From positions 1 to 54,863 of the forward strand of contig JAQGDQ010002398.1 in assembly GCA_030141605.1 (NCBI GenBank): a stretch of DNA of 54,863 bases, in the 5' to 3' direction. This DNA comes from Tubiluchus corallicola (Eukaryota > Animalia > Priapulida). Numbering within the stretch: position 1 is the first letter of the stretch; every line of letters starts with the position of its first letter. The position numbers and the translations under genes were made by a program. Under the pieces are notes generated by a model. That model was not told the origin of the DNA and made no database searches. It worked only from the letters and a program-made list of their open reading frames with translations. Below are positions 31,142 to 42,281 of the stretch, one piece after another.

Positions 31142-33226
31142 ATGATAAGTACAAAACAAAAGATTGAAACTTCAAAGTTTACTACTATTATACTTGGAAT
31201 ATTTGCAGGTGCTTTTTTTTGTGCTACCTTTTTCACCTTATATGCAAAGTATGTAGACTTTTCTAACATCATTGTTGATTATAGTTATTATCTTAAACTC
31301 TCGTTTTTTCTTTTTTCCTTTTTTGCCTATTTTTTATTAAAAAACGAATATCAACAACGATATAGGCGTTATGGCATTTATTATAACTTTAGAACCTATC
31401 TAAAGGTCATATCCTTTATTGTCATTGTTTTACTAGTGGGCTATGCCATTCAGTATGTTTTTTTTGATACCTCATCTCTTTATGCAGAATTAATAAAGGG
31501 ATTGCATCTAAACTTGATAATATTATTATTAATGCACAGCTTTGTAATAGGTGAAGAATTGGCAGAAGAGAGTACCGCTAGATCATCTGTTTTTTTTAAT
31601 GCCCTCAAAGCTACAATTGCTATTTTGCTTGTTTTGTCGTTGGCAATGCCTAATGCAAAAATTATTATGTCAATTTTGTTGATCATTGTGATATCTATCA
31701 CAACTTACCTATCAACATTGCAACTATGGATAAAGCAGCTAAGTATTAGGCATAGAAAAAAAACAACCATTTATGGAGTGTTAATATTTTTATTTTTCGC
31801 ATTAAATATCCCACTGTTTTTTAACTTGCCATCTACTAATTCTTTTTCAGGTATTGTCACCAACCCATACTTTGTTTCTATCTACGCTGTTTGTTTTATA
31901 TACTCTTTTTTTGCATCTATTTTTCTTTTAATGAAGTACCCATCTGCTTTTTTTATAGAAGAAAGAATGCGGAAACTGATGAACAAACACTTAAGTCTTC
32001 AAGTGAAAAATACTGCCCAGCAAGAGTGAAAAAGTGGCCACGACGAAAAAATTTATATTTCTTTATTAGAGTGTGTAGTAAAGGCAATTGAAGCAGATTC
32101 AGGGTGGGTAGAAGTTTTTAATTCTAAGCAAAAATCGCAAACTACAATTATTAATTACAAAATATCAACTCCTGAAATTAAATGTGTTTATGAAGGCTTG
32201 AGTACTCCTAAAAATGCAAAAATCACTAAAGTAACAAGTGCCTCAAATGTTAAATTTCCGGGAGCTTATATATATGCATTAAACAAGAATAAATTTCATT
32301 CTGTTATCATTTTTTATTTAGTGTTTAGAGACCAACCCATAGGAAAAATCGTAATGGTTTCAAGGGTGAAAGAGGCTTTTTGTAAGCATGATATAGGAGA
32401 GGTAGATATCTTTGTCATGCAGGCTTTAATGTCATTTGAGAATTTGAAACTGTTACAAGAAATTTTTCTTTCTGAAAAAAATAAAAGTGAATTTAAAATT
32501 GCCAAAACAGTGCAAAAAAATGTCTTACCTGAAGAGGAAAAGCTAGAGCGCAACAAAGATTTTTTAATTACGGCTTATTCTCGTTCATTAGAAGAGGTAG
32601 GAGGAGACTACTATGACACTTACAAAATTGATGATGATAGGGTTGCTGTCATTATAGCAGACGTGTCTGGTAAGGGTATGTTATCTGTTTTTTATGCATC
32701 TCAACTTAAAGGAATATTTTTAAGTCTTGTGCAACTGGCTCTACCTTTGCAAAAAACAGCAGAATATTTAAATAAAGTATTGGGAAGTTGTGTGCCAAAA
32801 AATGTTATTGTCACCGCTACGATTATTGTTTTTAACTCAAAGACAAAAACTTTTGAATTTGTAAGGGCAGGGCATTGTCCCTTCTTGTTTTACAACAAGA
32901 AGAAAAATGATGCAAAGTTTTTAAACTCAAAAGGTATGGGGTTTGCCGTAATTAGGGACAAAACATACAAAAAGCATATACGCGTGCAAAAGATAAGTTA
33001 TAACAAAGGCGATATGCTGGTTTTGTATACTGATGGAGTAACGGAGGCGACTAACCACAAAAAGGAAGAATATGGATATAATAGACTCAGACAAGTATTT
33101 TTTTCTAACACTGATAAGCCTCTTAATGATATTAGGCAAGGGATAGTGAAAGACTTATTTGACTTTTGCGGTGACTCTACTCTTGCTGATGACTTTACTG
33201 TGCTTGTAATAAAATTCAAGAATTAA
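31142..33226 (+). CDS. Membrane-bound RsbU/SpoIIE-type PP2C phosphatase (multi-TM, GAF-like, PP2C) with one in-frame TGA at 32027-32029
   Basis: ORFs 31142-32029 and 32198-33226 are in one frame and the gap is open (KSGHDEKIYISLLECVVKAIEADSGWVEV). PP2C motifs VGGDYYD, IADVSGKG, RAGH, LYTDGVTE, DDFT. Confidence 0.88.
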
Positions 33227-34916
33227 AATTGATATCTAAATCCAACTCCTAAACTGTATGGCCGTTTTGCTCGCTCAGGGAAAATATCTCTGTAGGATGA
33301 TGGAGAATAGGATACATTTGCTCCATTAACTTTTCCTGATGGAGAAAAGAATAAGAAGGCATTGAAACTTGCAATAAGTTGCAAATTATGAAGTAGGCTT
33401 ACGCCAAATCTCGCTCCTGATTGTAAAAATGGTACCGCCCATGATTCATTTTCTATTTCACTACTATACGGGTTATATCCATCTACATTTTCTTTTTGAA
33501 AAAGCTCTACGCCGCCTCCAAAAAGAGGGGCAAAGTGAAAGTTTCTAAGAAACCAAAATTCTTTTGCTAACCCAAGGCTTCCTCTAAGAAAAACAAAGTG
33601 CTCTTCTCTGTTTTCAAAATCAGAATAATTATGAGGGTTTGGGTATTCATATTTGTTAACAGAAATGCCTGTTTCAATAAATACTTTGACAGAAGTAGGG
33701 ATGTTACCTTCTAATCGCATTGCTACAATGCCCATTTCTCCAAGGAGGTTATACTCAAAGGCTGCACCTAGCTTCAATTCTTTTTGCTGCACAACAAACA
33801 TACCCATATTATCAATTTTTTTCCCTGATGTCTGGTAGAAGGTTGAACTGGGAGTCTCTCCAGATGCGGCTTGTTGGTTATCGGCGACTTCTTTAGCTTT
33901 AATAGAGCCTATTAATTTGTCATATTTTTTGTATTTTTTTGTCTCTCTCTTTTCATATACCAAATACTTATCATCTCTTTTCATGCCCTCTTTTTTGCCA
34001 ATCTTAACCTCAATGGGGCCTATTGATGCAATAAAACTTTTTACCTTGAAAGCATTAACGGACTTTTCAATATGGTGCATGCTTCTTTCGAAATTGTGCA
34101 AAATAAGATCTTTAGCAAGTTCTTTTTTTGATTTGTTAGAAAGAAAAAAATCAGTTACTATTGGTTGAAAGCTTTTATAGAAGACTTTTTTAATGGGGAA
34201 TTTAAAGTTATCAAATGCTTCTTTTCTTTTCTTTTTCTTCTGTCAGTAGTCGCATCATCTATCCATAGGTCATTGTAAAATATTGCTGCTATTTCTTCAT
34301 TAAAGTCTACTTTATAGACCCAAACTCGGCTAGAAGCATTATAAGCGTTATATCGGTCATACTGAACGTATTTTATATTAGAAATAGAATAAACAACAAT
34401 ATAACTATTGTTAATAAGCTCTAACCCACTGTCTTCCAATCTTGCTGTTTTTCTTTTGCTATCTAAGGCAGTTCGGTATTCTGCATCAGTGGCACTATAT
34501 AGACCGCGGGATGCTATCAATTCCATATCAAAACTGCCGTCTTTTTTTCTATTAAACCATTTTGCAATGATTTTCCTTCCTACTTCATCTGGAATCTCTA
34601 TCTTTCGTATCCCGACTTCTTTGGGGAGTGTATCTGAAATTTTTATCTCTTTGATTGCTATAGAATGGTCATCATATTTATCGCTTACCTTCATATTTTT
34701 TAGTAATGCAGGTTTTAGGCGTTGAAACTCAGATATTGCTGGGGGAGAATGATCCAACAACAATGGTGTTAGTGCCACTCTGTTATAGTTTGTAGATGTT
34801 GACGGTGATAAATGAGCACTGTTTTCGCTATTATTTTTGGTGGAATTTGCTTTTCCTATGATTGTTGAAACGGTTATAATTAATATGTATAGTAGATGTT
34901 TAAAGTATGCAGCCAT
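33223..34916 (-). CDS. Exported hypothetical protein with probable C-terminal beta-barrel; frameshift in a GAAAA-like repeat near 34220-34240
   Basis: Signal peptide; IGKKEGM...YLVYE beta domain; amphipathic strands ending GVGFRYQF. The alternative frame (EAFDNFKFPIKKVF) bridges the two ORFs. Confidence 0.7.
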
Positions 34917-35064
34917 GTGTTGTAAGTTAATTTATTTTAAGCAAAAATATAAAAATATTTATGACTTTAATCTATTTAGGTTATAAAAAAACTGTTTTAA
35001 AGGCAATTTAAAAATAGATATTGTGAAGTTATTTTATGGTGTGAAATGCAATTTGAAAACGATA

Positions 35065-38000
35065 TTAATTTTTTCTTTGCTTTTTGGCAATTCTAAATAG
35101 GTCTCTTATTTCGTTAGCGTCTTGGGTGTATTTTAAACTGAATCCATATTCCATAGCATTATCTGCTTCATTGCTACTACTATAGGCGTCTCTACTTACT
35201 GTGTTTGTTTTGTTAAAAACCTTTACTTTTAGCTTTCCATCACTTGTAATAGAGTATTCTACTTCTAAATCTCCTATTATGTTTTTAGCAGTAGATGCAG
35301 ACGAAGAGTATGTGGTGGCAACGTTGGGGTTTGATATAGAGTTTTCGGTTGTTACTCTTATTCTATCATTGATGGCGTAGGATAGACGAAACTGCATAAT
35401 TTCTAATGTTTCGTTGCTCAAGGCATCTAAGTCTAAACTTATGTCTAAAGTAATATTTTCATGGCTTTTGGTTAACCAATAGCTTAATTGATCTGACAAA
35501 TAAGCACTTGTTAAACTGCTGGCTATGTTGATGTCAGAATTATCCTCAAAAGCAAATGAATGAAAAAGAATTAGGCTAAATACTTGTCTGTTCATAAATT
35601 GCTCGTTGGATTTGATTTGATTTTTCCAACTATTAACATACGTGTTTAGAGTTACTCCATTTACCACTGTATTGTTGGGGTAGCCTTCAATAATTATATC
35701 GTATTGAATATTAGGGGAAAATATCTCTCCATCAATGTTTAGAATGATATATGTAGGGTATTTCCTTCTCACCTCAATAGGCATTTCGTCCTTTGTTATA
35801 GAAGATCCTGATGAAGAGGAGTATATAATAGGTTCTAATGATGCCATTTGCCTATATTTTGCATTAATATCTAATATTGCATCATTAACATTTCCATTCC
35901 AAACAATCTTACTGCCTTGATTAATTTCAAATTCTTTGTTTAAAATGATATTAGGTAGAGTAAAATTATATCCTCCTTTGTCAATAACATAGCCACCAAA
36001 GATATTAAACTCCCCGTCAATCATTTCTATTTTTAGATTTCCATTTCCTCTTGTCCATAAAATATCACCTTGTGCCATATTGAATAGGATTTCGCCATAG
36101 GCGTCGGGTGTGAGTTCTAGTTTTAAGACTAAATCTAATTCGGATGTTTTCTTTCTTTCTTTAGTATTTTGTTTTTTTTCTTGCTCTTTATTTGAAACGA
36201 ATTGGATGAAGTTTTCTTGTGCTACGACTTCGCTTTGAGTAAAGGGGATAAAAATTTTGGTGTTTTTCTCTGAAATTAAATTCATATCTAAAAAAGCGTG
36301 TTTTAATGATCCTGACAGGCTCACAGAGCCAGATGCAAATGCATTTCCATAGAACAAGTCGTTTTCGCTTAGTGTGGTATTTATAATTTCTAAATTAGAT
36401 ATTTTTGCTGTCAAGTCATAGGTTAATTTTGCATGATTAAACTCACCATGTAATCTACCCCTATTATTGTATTCGTCTACTAATTTTATGTCTTTAAAAA
36501 TCATTTTGCTGTCATGAAAGTCTACATTTCCATTAACATCATACTCTACATTAGTATAATTTAATTTGAATCTGCCTCTGGAAATATCAGCTTTTCCATT
36601 GACTAAAGGCTGGTTGAATGTTCCTGTGATAGTTGCGCTTCCAGATGCACTCCCATCTATATTGCTTACTTGATTATTACTAACCAAAGCACCAATAAGA
36701 CTTATGTTAAAATCATTAATGTCTGTATTGAGTTGAATTTGATTTTTCTTGTCGAAAGGCATTAAATATCCAGAAGCTTCCAATGAAGAGTTTTCATTTT
36801 TCACTCCGAATCTTGTCTCATACCTTTTGCCACTTTCAAGGTAGCCCATATATAAGTTCATATCACCTACTGGCACATTATTTAGTACAAAGTCTGTAAG
36901 TTTGAATCTTGTTTTAATGTTATGTAAGTTTTGATAAACATCTACATATCCATTGAGTGTTCCCAGCATGTTTTTCCCAAACAATTTAGCGATATTGTCT
37001 ATATTGATCTTGTTCACATTAATAAATAGATTGTCATCTGTATGCTTGGATAGGCCACCAGATAAGGACAAACTTTGCCCTTTGCATTGAATGTCCAGAT
37101 TTGAAAATTGGTAAAGAATGCTATCAATGGTAATTTTATTTCTTGGATCAATACTCCATATATCATCAAAAAGCTTTATGTCAAAGTTGTCAAAATGCAA
37201 AGTTTTCTTTTGTGCTTGAAGCTCCATAGAGCCACTTAAGTTTAGGTAATTAGTATCATTTTTTCCTAAAATTTGTGCATAAAAGAGAGTGTTTTTTTGT
37301 TCAGTGTTGATTTTTACTTCTATATCTTTTGTTATTTCTTTATCTAAATTATATTGTTGGCTGGAAGTAAGAAGCAAGTCAATCGCCTCTATATCATCAT
37401 ATTTTGTTTTCAAATAAAAATTTAAATGATTATCTAAAAATGACAAGTTGTTAATAGATAGAGTGTCCCATGTTGATTGAAAATCAATTATGCTTACGTC
37501 TCCATCTATAAATTTGCCTTTTAGTGCTGACATATTACCAATATTAATTTTTGAAGAAAACAGATTAAATATTGGGTTTATGTTTTTAATTGATATTTCG
37601 TATTCTACTTTTTTTATGGACTGGTTAGCTTGTTGAGATGTAGTAATTTTTTTGTTAGGTTGAGTATCACTAAATGTATTTATATTTTTGTAAGAGGTAT
37701 ATATGTTAAATAGTTTTAGAATGACATGGGATAGTTGAAAATCACCGTTGGCTGTTATGTCTAGTAGTGGGGATACTACAGTTAACTTTTTGTTATTGGC
37801 AGAACTTCGGCTCATTTTAGCATCAAACCTATCTACCTCAAACTTTTGGTCATTATATTTAACAAATGTGTTTGTTAAGTTGATATTGCCGAATAGATGA
37901 TCTGCTAATAATGAATCACCGTAAGCATTAACATTAGCTTTGGTTTTTAGAGATAATTTTTTTTGTGCTTTTGTGTTAATTAGTAAGGTGTCTATATTAA

Positions 38001-39584
38001 TGCCAAGTGCTATTCTTTTTTGTTTTTCTGCCAATAATATTTTAGCTGTTGCTGTTCCATTTAATGTAGTATCGTCTACGTGTACCTTTCCATTCAATAT
38101 GCCCTTTGACATTGTTATTTCAGAAACGATATTGTTAAACAAAAAATGATTCGTTTTAAATTTTTCAATGTTAATTTTAGAATTTAACATAGTATTTTTC
38201 ACATTGTTTCCTATGCCACTAATAGATGCTTGTAGGCTTAAAATGTAAGGGTCTTTCTTTTGAAGTAGGGGAGCAAAGTCAAAATCTTGTGCCTCTACTT
38301 TTCCACTATAATATGGCAATTCATTGATAAGTGTATCATAAAGATAATGTAATCCAATTTTTAATTTTCCTCGTGAAGATAAAATATCAATGTCATATTC
38401 TGAGTCAGAAGGCGTTCCAATTCCGTCTCCTGACAATTGTATTTTTTTGAACGGAGAGATAAAAGAAAATAGTTGAGAGGGGAGGTAACTCTTTAAGTGT
38501 TCGGCATAAATAACAGTATTATTATATATATTGAAATCAAAATAAGGCTCTTTATATTTGTTCTCATCACTGCCAAACCGTTTATACTCTCCCTTTCCCT
38601 CTATAACGCTACTATCGTTAAACTGAAAGTTGACATACTCTACTTTGAGGTCGTTTACTTTTCCATTTATTTTTGCATCGTTGAGTATGTATTCATCATT
38701 ATATTTTTGTTGTAGAAGCAAAAAGCCCAAATCTTTTGTGCTAATTTTGCTTGTATTTAGCGATGCCGCAATGGTGATACTGTCATTAAAATGCCTAAAT
38801 TGTCTGGTTGTGTCATAATGAAAACAAGATCTCCTTGCAAAGTGGAGTTGTTTAAGGTGGCTTGAAATTGGTTGAATTGCATTTGCTTAGGAGAAAAATG
38901 AAAGCTTGTTTCTAAGTTTTCCATACTAAGGTTGGTGGCGCTATCAACAAATTGTAGATTGTCAGTGTAAAAAAACACATATCGTTGGAAAATGCTAAAA
39001 TTTATGAGCATCCCATTAACGTGGTGTAATGTGAAATTGTTAATATTAAACTGATCGCTTTGAAGTGTCTTTGCAGAATCGTTATGATAATGAAATTGAG
39101 AATCTTCAAACTGAACTACTGACATTTTGAAAGGTTTGGAAGCCCTCTGAGACACCATATGATTTATTTTTTGAATAAAATAGGATAAATTAACTTCATT
39201 ATTTGTTGCCATTCGTTGCACACTTACGGAGGCTTTTTTTAAATGAAGATTTTCTAGTACAATGCTACCTCCTCTGATAAATTCAAAAAACTTATATCCT
39301 AAATTAGCCTGTTCAATGTGTATTACTTTGTTTGTGTCCAAGTCGTAAATGCTCAGATTATAAATAGCAGCACTGTTGAACCAATTTACCTTGATGTCTT
39401 CTATTGTCACGTGAAAGTCTGTGCTTTCTGTTAGAAATAGCTCTATTTCATTTTTTATTTTAGATTGAATGACAGGCAGGTTGACAGTAGTTAAAAAAAT
39501 AGCAATGATTGCAATACTACATATTAAAGTAATTTTTATTACTTTTGCTAATGTTTTTGTCAATCTGTTAAATTTAACTTTCAC
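35065..39584 (-). CDS. tamB: Translocation/assembly module TamB-like protein (frameshift near 38820)
   Basis: N-terminal anchor then LPVIQSKI; long beta-taco repeats; C-terminal GSKIVWNG...LDINAKY, QVFSLILF, GDLEVEYSITSDGKLKVKVFN. A missing T in a T-run joins the ORFs. The exact start is uncertain. Confidence 0.85.
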
Positions 39585-39593
39585 CTGTTTAGA

Positions 39594-40604
39594 ATGATAA
39601 ATATTTTAGCCATAGAATCCTCTTGTGATGAAACTAGCGCTGCAATAATCAGCAATAGAAGAATACTTGCCAATGTTGTCGCTTCACAACAGGACGTACA
39701 CCAACATTATGGAGGTGTAGTGCCAGAACTTGCTTCTCGTGCTCATCAAGTAAATATTATTCCTGTCGTAGAGCAAGCCTTTTTGCAGGCAAATATACAG
39801 AAAGAAAAACTAAATGCAATAGCTTTTACACAAGGTCCCGGACTCCTTGGTAGTTTATTAATAAGCAATTCCTTTGCCAAAGTGGCTTCTTTGGTGTTAA
39901 AAGTCCCACTTATTGCCGTAAATCATATGCATGCACATATTTTATCGCATTTTATTGAAGAGCCAATGCCAAAATTTCCTTTTTTGTGTCTTGTTGTAAG
40001 TGGAGGACATACACAAATTGCACAAATGGATAACCACTTAGAAATAAAACTATTGGGACAAACACTTGACGATGCTGTGGGAGAGGCTTTTGATAAAATA
40101 GCAAAGAACTTAGGGCTACCCTATCCCGGAGGACCTTTAATTGATAAGTTTGCAGCGTTAGGAAACGAGAATGCTTATAAGTTTCCAAAGGCTAAAATAT
40201 CAAATTTAGACTTCTCTTTTAGTGGAATTAAAACAGCAGTTTTATATTTCATTAGAGAAAAATTGCAATTTGATGCCCAGTTTGTGGAGCACAACCTCAA
40301 TGATATTTGTGCCAGTGTTCAAAAATGTTTAATAGAAATGCTTATGGAAAAACTTGTTTTGGCAAGTGAACAAACAGGGATAAAAGAAGTAGCAATTGCT
40401 GGGGGGGTATCAGCTAATAGTGTGTTAAGAAAGACTATTAAGCTTGTGGGTGAAAAATTGAAATGGAATGTTTATATTCCTGATTTTCAATATTGTACCG
40501 ATAATGCAGCTATGATAGCTATTACAGCACACTACAAATATGTTGCTAATCAATTTACAGGTTTGAACACAATGCCAAATCCACGCCTTATGTTTGGAAA
40601 TTAA
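39594..40604 (+). CDS. tsaD: tRNA N6-threonylcarbamoyltransferase
   Basis: ILAIESSCDET, GGVVPELASRAH, HMHAH, VSGGHT, DDAVGEAFDK, CTDNAAMI. Confidence 0.97.
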   Translation: MINILAIESSCDETSAAIISNRRILANVVASQQDVHQHYGGVVPELASRAHQVNIIPVVEQAFLQANIQKEKLNAIAFTQGPGLLGSLLISNSFAKVASLVLKVPLIAVNHMHAHILSHFIEEPMPKFPFLCLVVSGGHTQIAQMDNHLEIKLLGQTLDDAVGEAFDKIAKNLGLPYPGGPLIDKFAALGNENAYKFPKAKISNLDFSFSGIKTAVLYFIREKLQFDAQFVEHNLNDICASVQKCLIEMLMEKLVLASEQTGIKEVAIAGGVSANSVLRKTIKLVGEKLKWNVYIPDFQYCTDNAAMIAITAHYKYVANQFTGLNTMPNPRLMFGN

Positions 40605-40613
40605 TTATGTGAG

Positions 40614-42011
40614 ATGTCGCGCAAAACATTGCTTTTTTTGCTATTTATGTTTGTTGTTAATGTGTTACAGGCTCATGGTGTAGACACAATAAGCCACTTT
40701 GTAATAGTAAATGATATATTTATATTGGGAAATAAAAAGACGAAAGAAGCTATTATATATAGAGAGTTAGACTTTAGAAAAGGAGACTCCATAAGTGCTC
40801 AAAAACTGGATGATATTTTGGAGGTAAACAAAAATAAACTTATTAATTTACTACTCTTTCTCGAAGTAAAATTAGATGTGGAGACCTTAACTGAAAATAG
40901 GATAGATATCATTGTGAGGTTAAAAGAGCGTTGGTATATATTTCCTATATTTTTCATTAATCTTGCAGATAGAAACTTTACAGAGTGGTGGGAAAATCAA
41001 AATCATGACTTTCGACGTTTAGTTTGGACAATAGGAGCATTACATAATAACTTTACAGGACGGGGTGATCAACTGTCTGCATCCTTTAACTTGGGATTTG
41101 AGCATGCCATACGAGTAAAATATAAAAACCCTTACTTTTTTAATAAAAAATGGGGAATTACTTTAAACGCTGCTTATTATCAATATAAAAATGTGGTAGT
41201 GGAAAACCAAGAACATAATATGAAATTTTTGCTTGCAGACACTACATTACAACAGCGCTTTTACAACTATCTTACTTTCTCTTTTAGACCTCTTTTTTAT
41301 CATTTTCATTATTTTAAACTTTCACATAATCATATCACAACAGCAGATACTATATTTAAACTAAACCCTAGTTATCTACCTAATAGCAAACAGCAATTTA
41401 CATCTTTTACATACACCTACAAATTTGATAGGCGTGACTATTCTGAATATCCTCTTCAAGGACATTTGCTACATGCTGCTATTACCAAAGATGGAATAGG
41501 TTTGCAAAGGGATGTTGATCTATGGAGTGTCTATTTTCGAGCCGCCAAATATGTTGATTTACGCAACGGATTTTATGCAGCAGGAAGTATTACTACCTCC
41601 ATGTCCTTTCCAAAGCAACGACCTTACTACTTTTATAATTTATTAGGAGACGAAGACAACTTTATACGTGGGTATGAACTTTATGCTCTTCAAGGGCAAC
41701 ATTTTTTTGTTAATAATAACTATATAAAAAAGCGACTTTTTTCAACCAAACTTGATTACTCTAAACAGTTGAATGTCAAACAGTTTAATGTTATTCCTAT
41801 AGATGTTTACGCAACTTTGTTTCTTGATCAAGGCTATGTGGTTTCATATGAGCAAAATTTTTCAAATAATTCTTTAATTGACACTTACTTAATAGGAGCG
41901 GGAATGGGATTAGATGTAGTGACTTATTATGATATAGTTTTGCGCCTAGAATACTCATTTAATAAAGACTGGCAACACGGGATAAGAATTAATTTTTATG
42001 CTGTTTTTTAA
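40614..42011 (+). CDS. POTRA plus Omp85/TamA-like outer-membrane protein
   Basis: GNKKTKEAIIYREL POTRA, KERWYIFP, IRGYE lid motif, terminal Phe. Confidence 0.82.
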   Translation: MSRKTLLFLLFMFVVNVLQAHGVDTISHFVIVNDIFILGNKKTKEAIIYRELDFRKGDSISAQKLDDILEVNKNKLINLLLFLEVKLDVETLTENRIDIIVRLKERWYIFPIFFINLADRNFTEWWENQNHDFRRLVWTIGALHNNFTGRGDQLSASFNLGFEHAIRVKYKNPYFFNKKWGITLNAAYYQYKNVVVENQEHNMKFLLADTTLQQRFYNYLTFSFRPLFYHFHYFKLSHNHITTADTIFKLNPSYLPNSKQQFTSFTYTYKFDRRDYSEYPLQGHLLHAAITKDGIGLQRDVDLWSVYFRAAKYVDLRNGFYAAGSITTSMSFPKQRPYYFYNLLGDEDNFIRGYELYALQGQHFFVNNNYIKKRLFSTKLDYSKQLNVKQFNVIPIDVYATLFLDQGYVVSYEQNFSNNSLIDTYLIGAGMGLDVVTYYDIVLRLEYSFNKDWQHGIRINFYAVF

Positions 42012-42150
42012 GACTTTTTGTCTTAAAAAAATATTTGTATTGCAAAAAAACAAAAATCAGCTCCCATAACCCAAAGAAAAAAATAATATTCACAAACAAT
42101 GATTGTGTTTTTTGACAAAATCATAAAAATAATTGTTTTTTGTGATAAAA

Positions 42151-42182
42151 TTTGCATTGTAATAATGGTGTTTTTACGTTTG
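42151..42182 (+). promoter_or_regulatory. Bacteroidota promoter for susCD
   Basis: TTTG at 42151-42154 and TACGTTTG at 42175-42182, 20-nt spacer. Confidence 0.6.
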
Positions 42183-42281
42183 TACTTATTATCTATACTT
42201 TAATAGCGAAAAATTAAAGCTAATTCAATAGATAATTAATGTAATTACAATAAGTTAAAATTTTTATTTATTAATTAAAAA

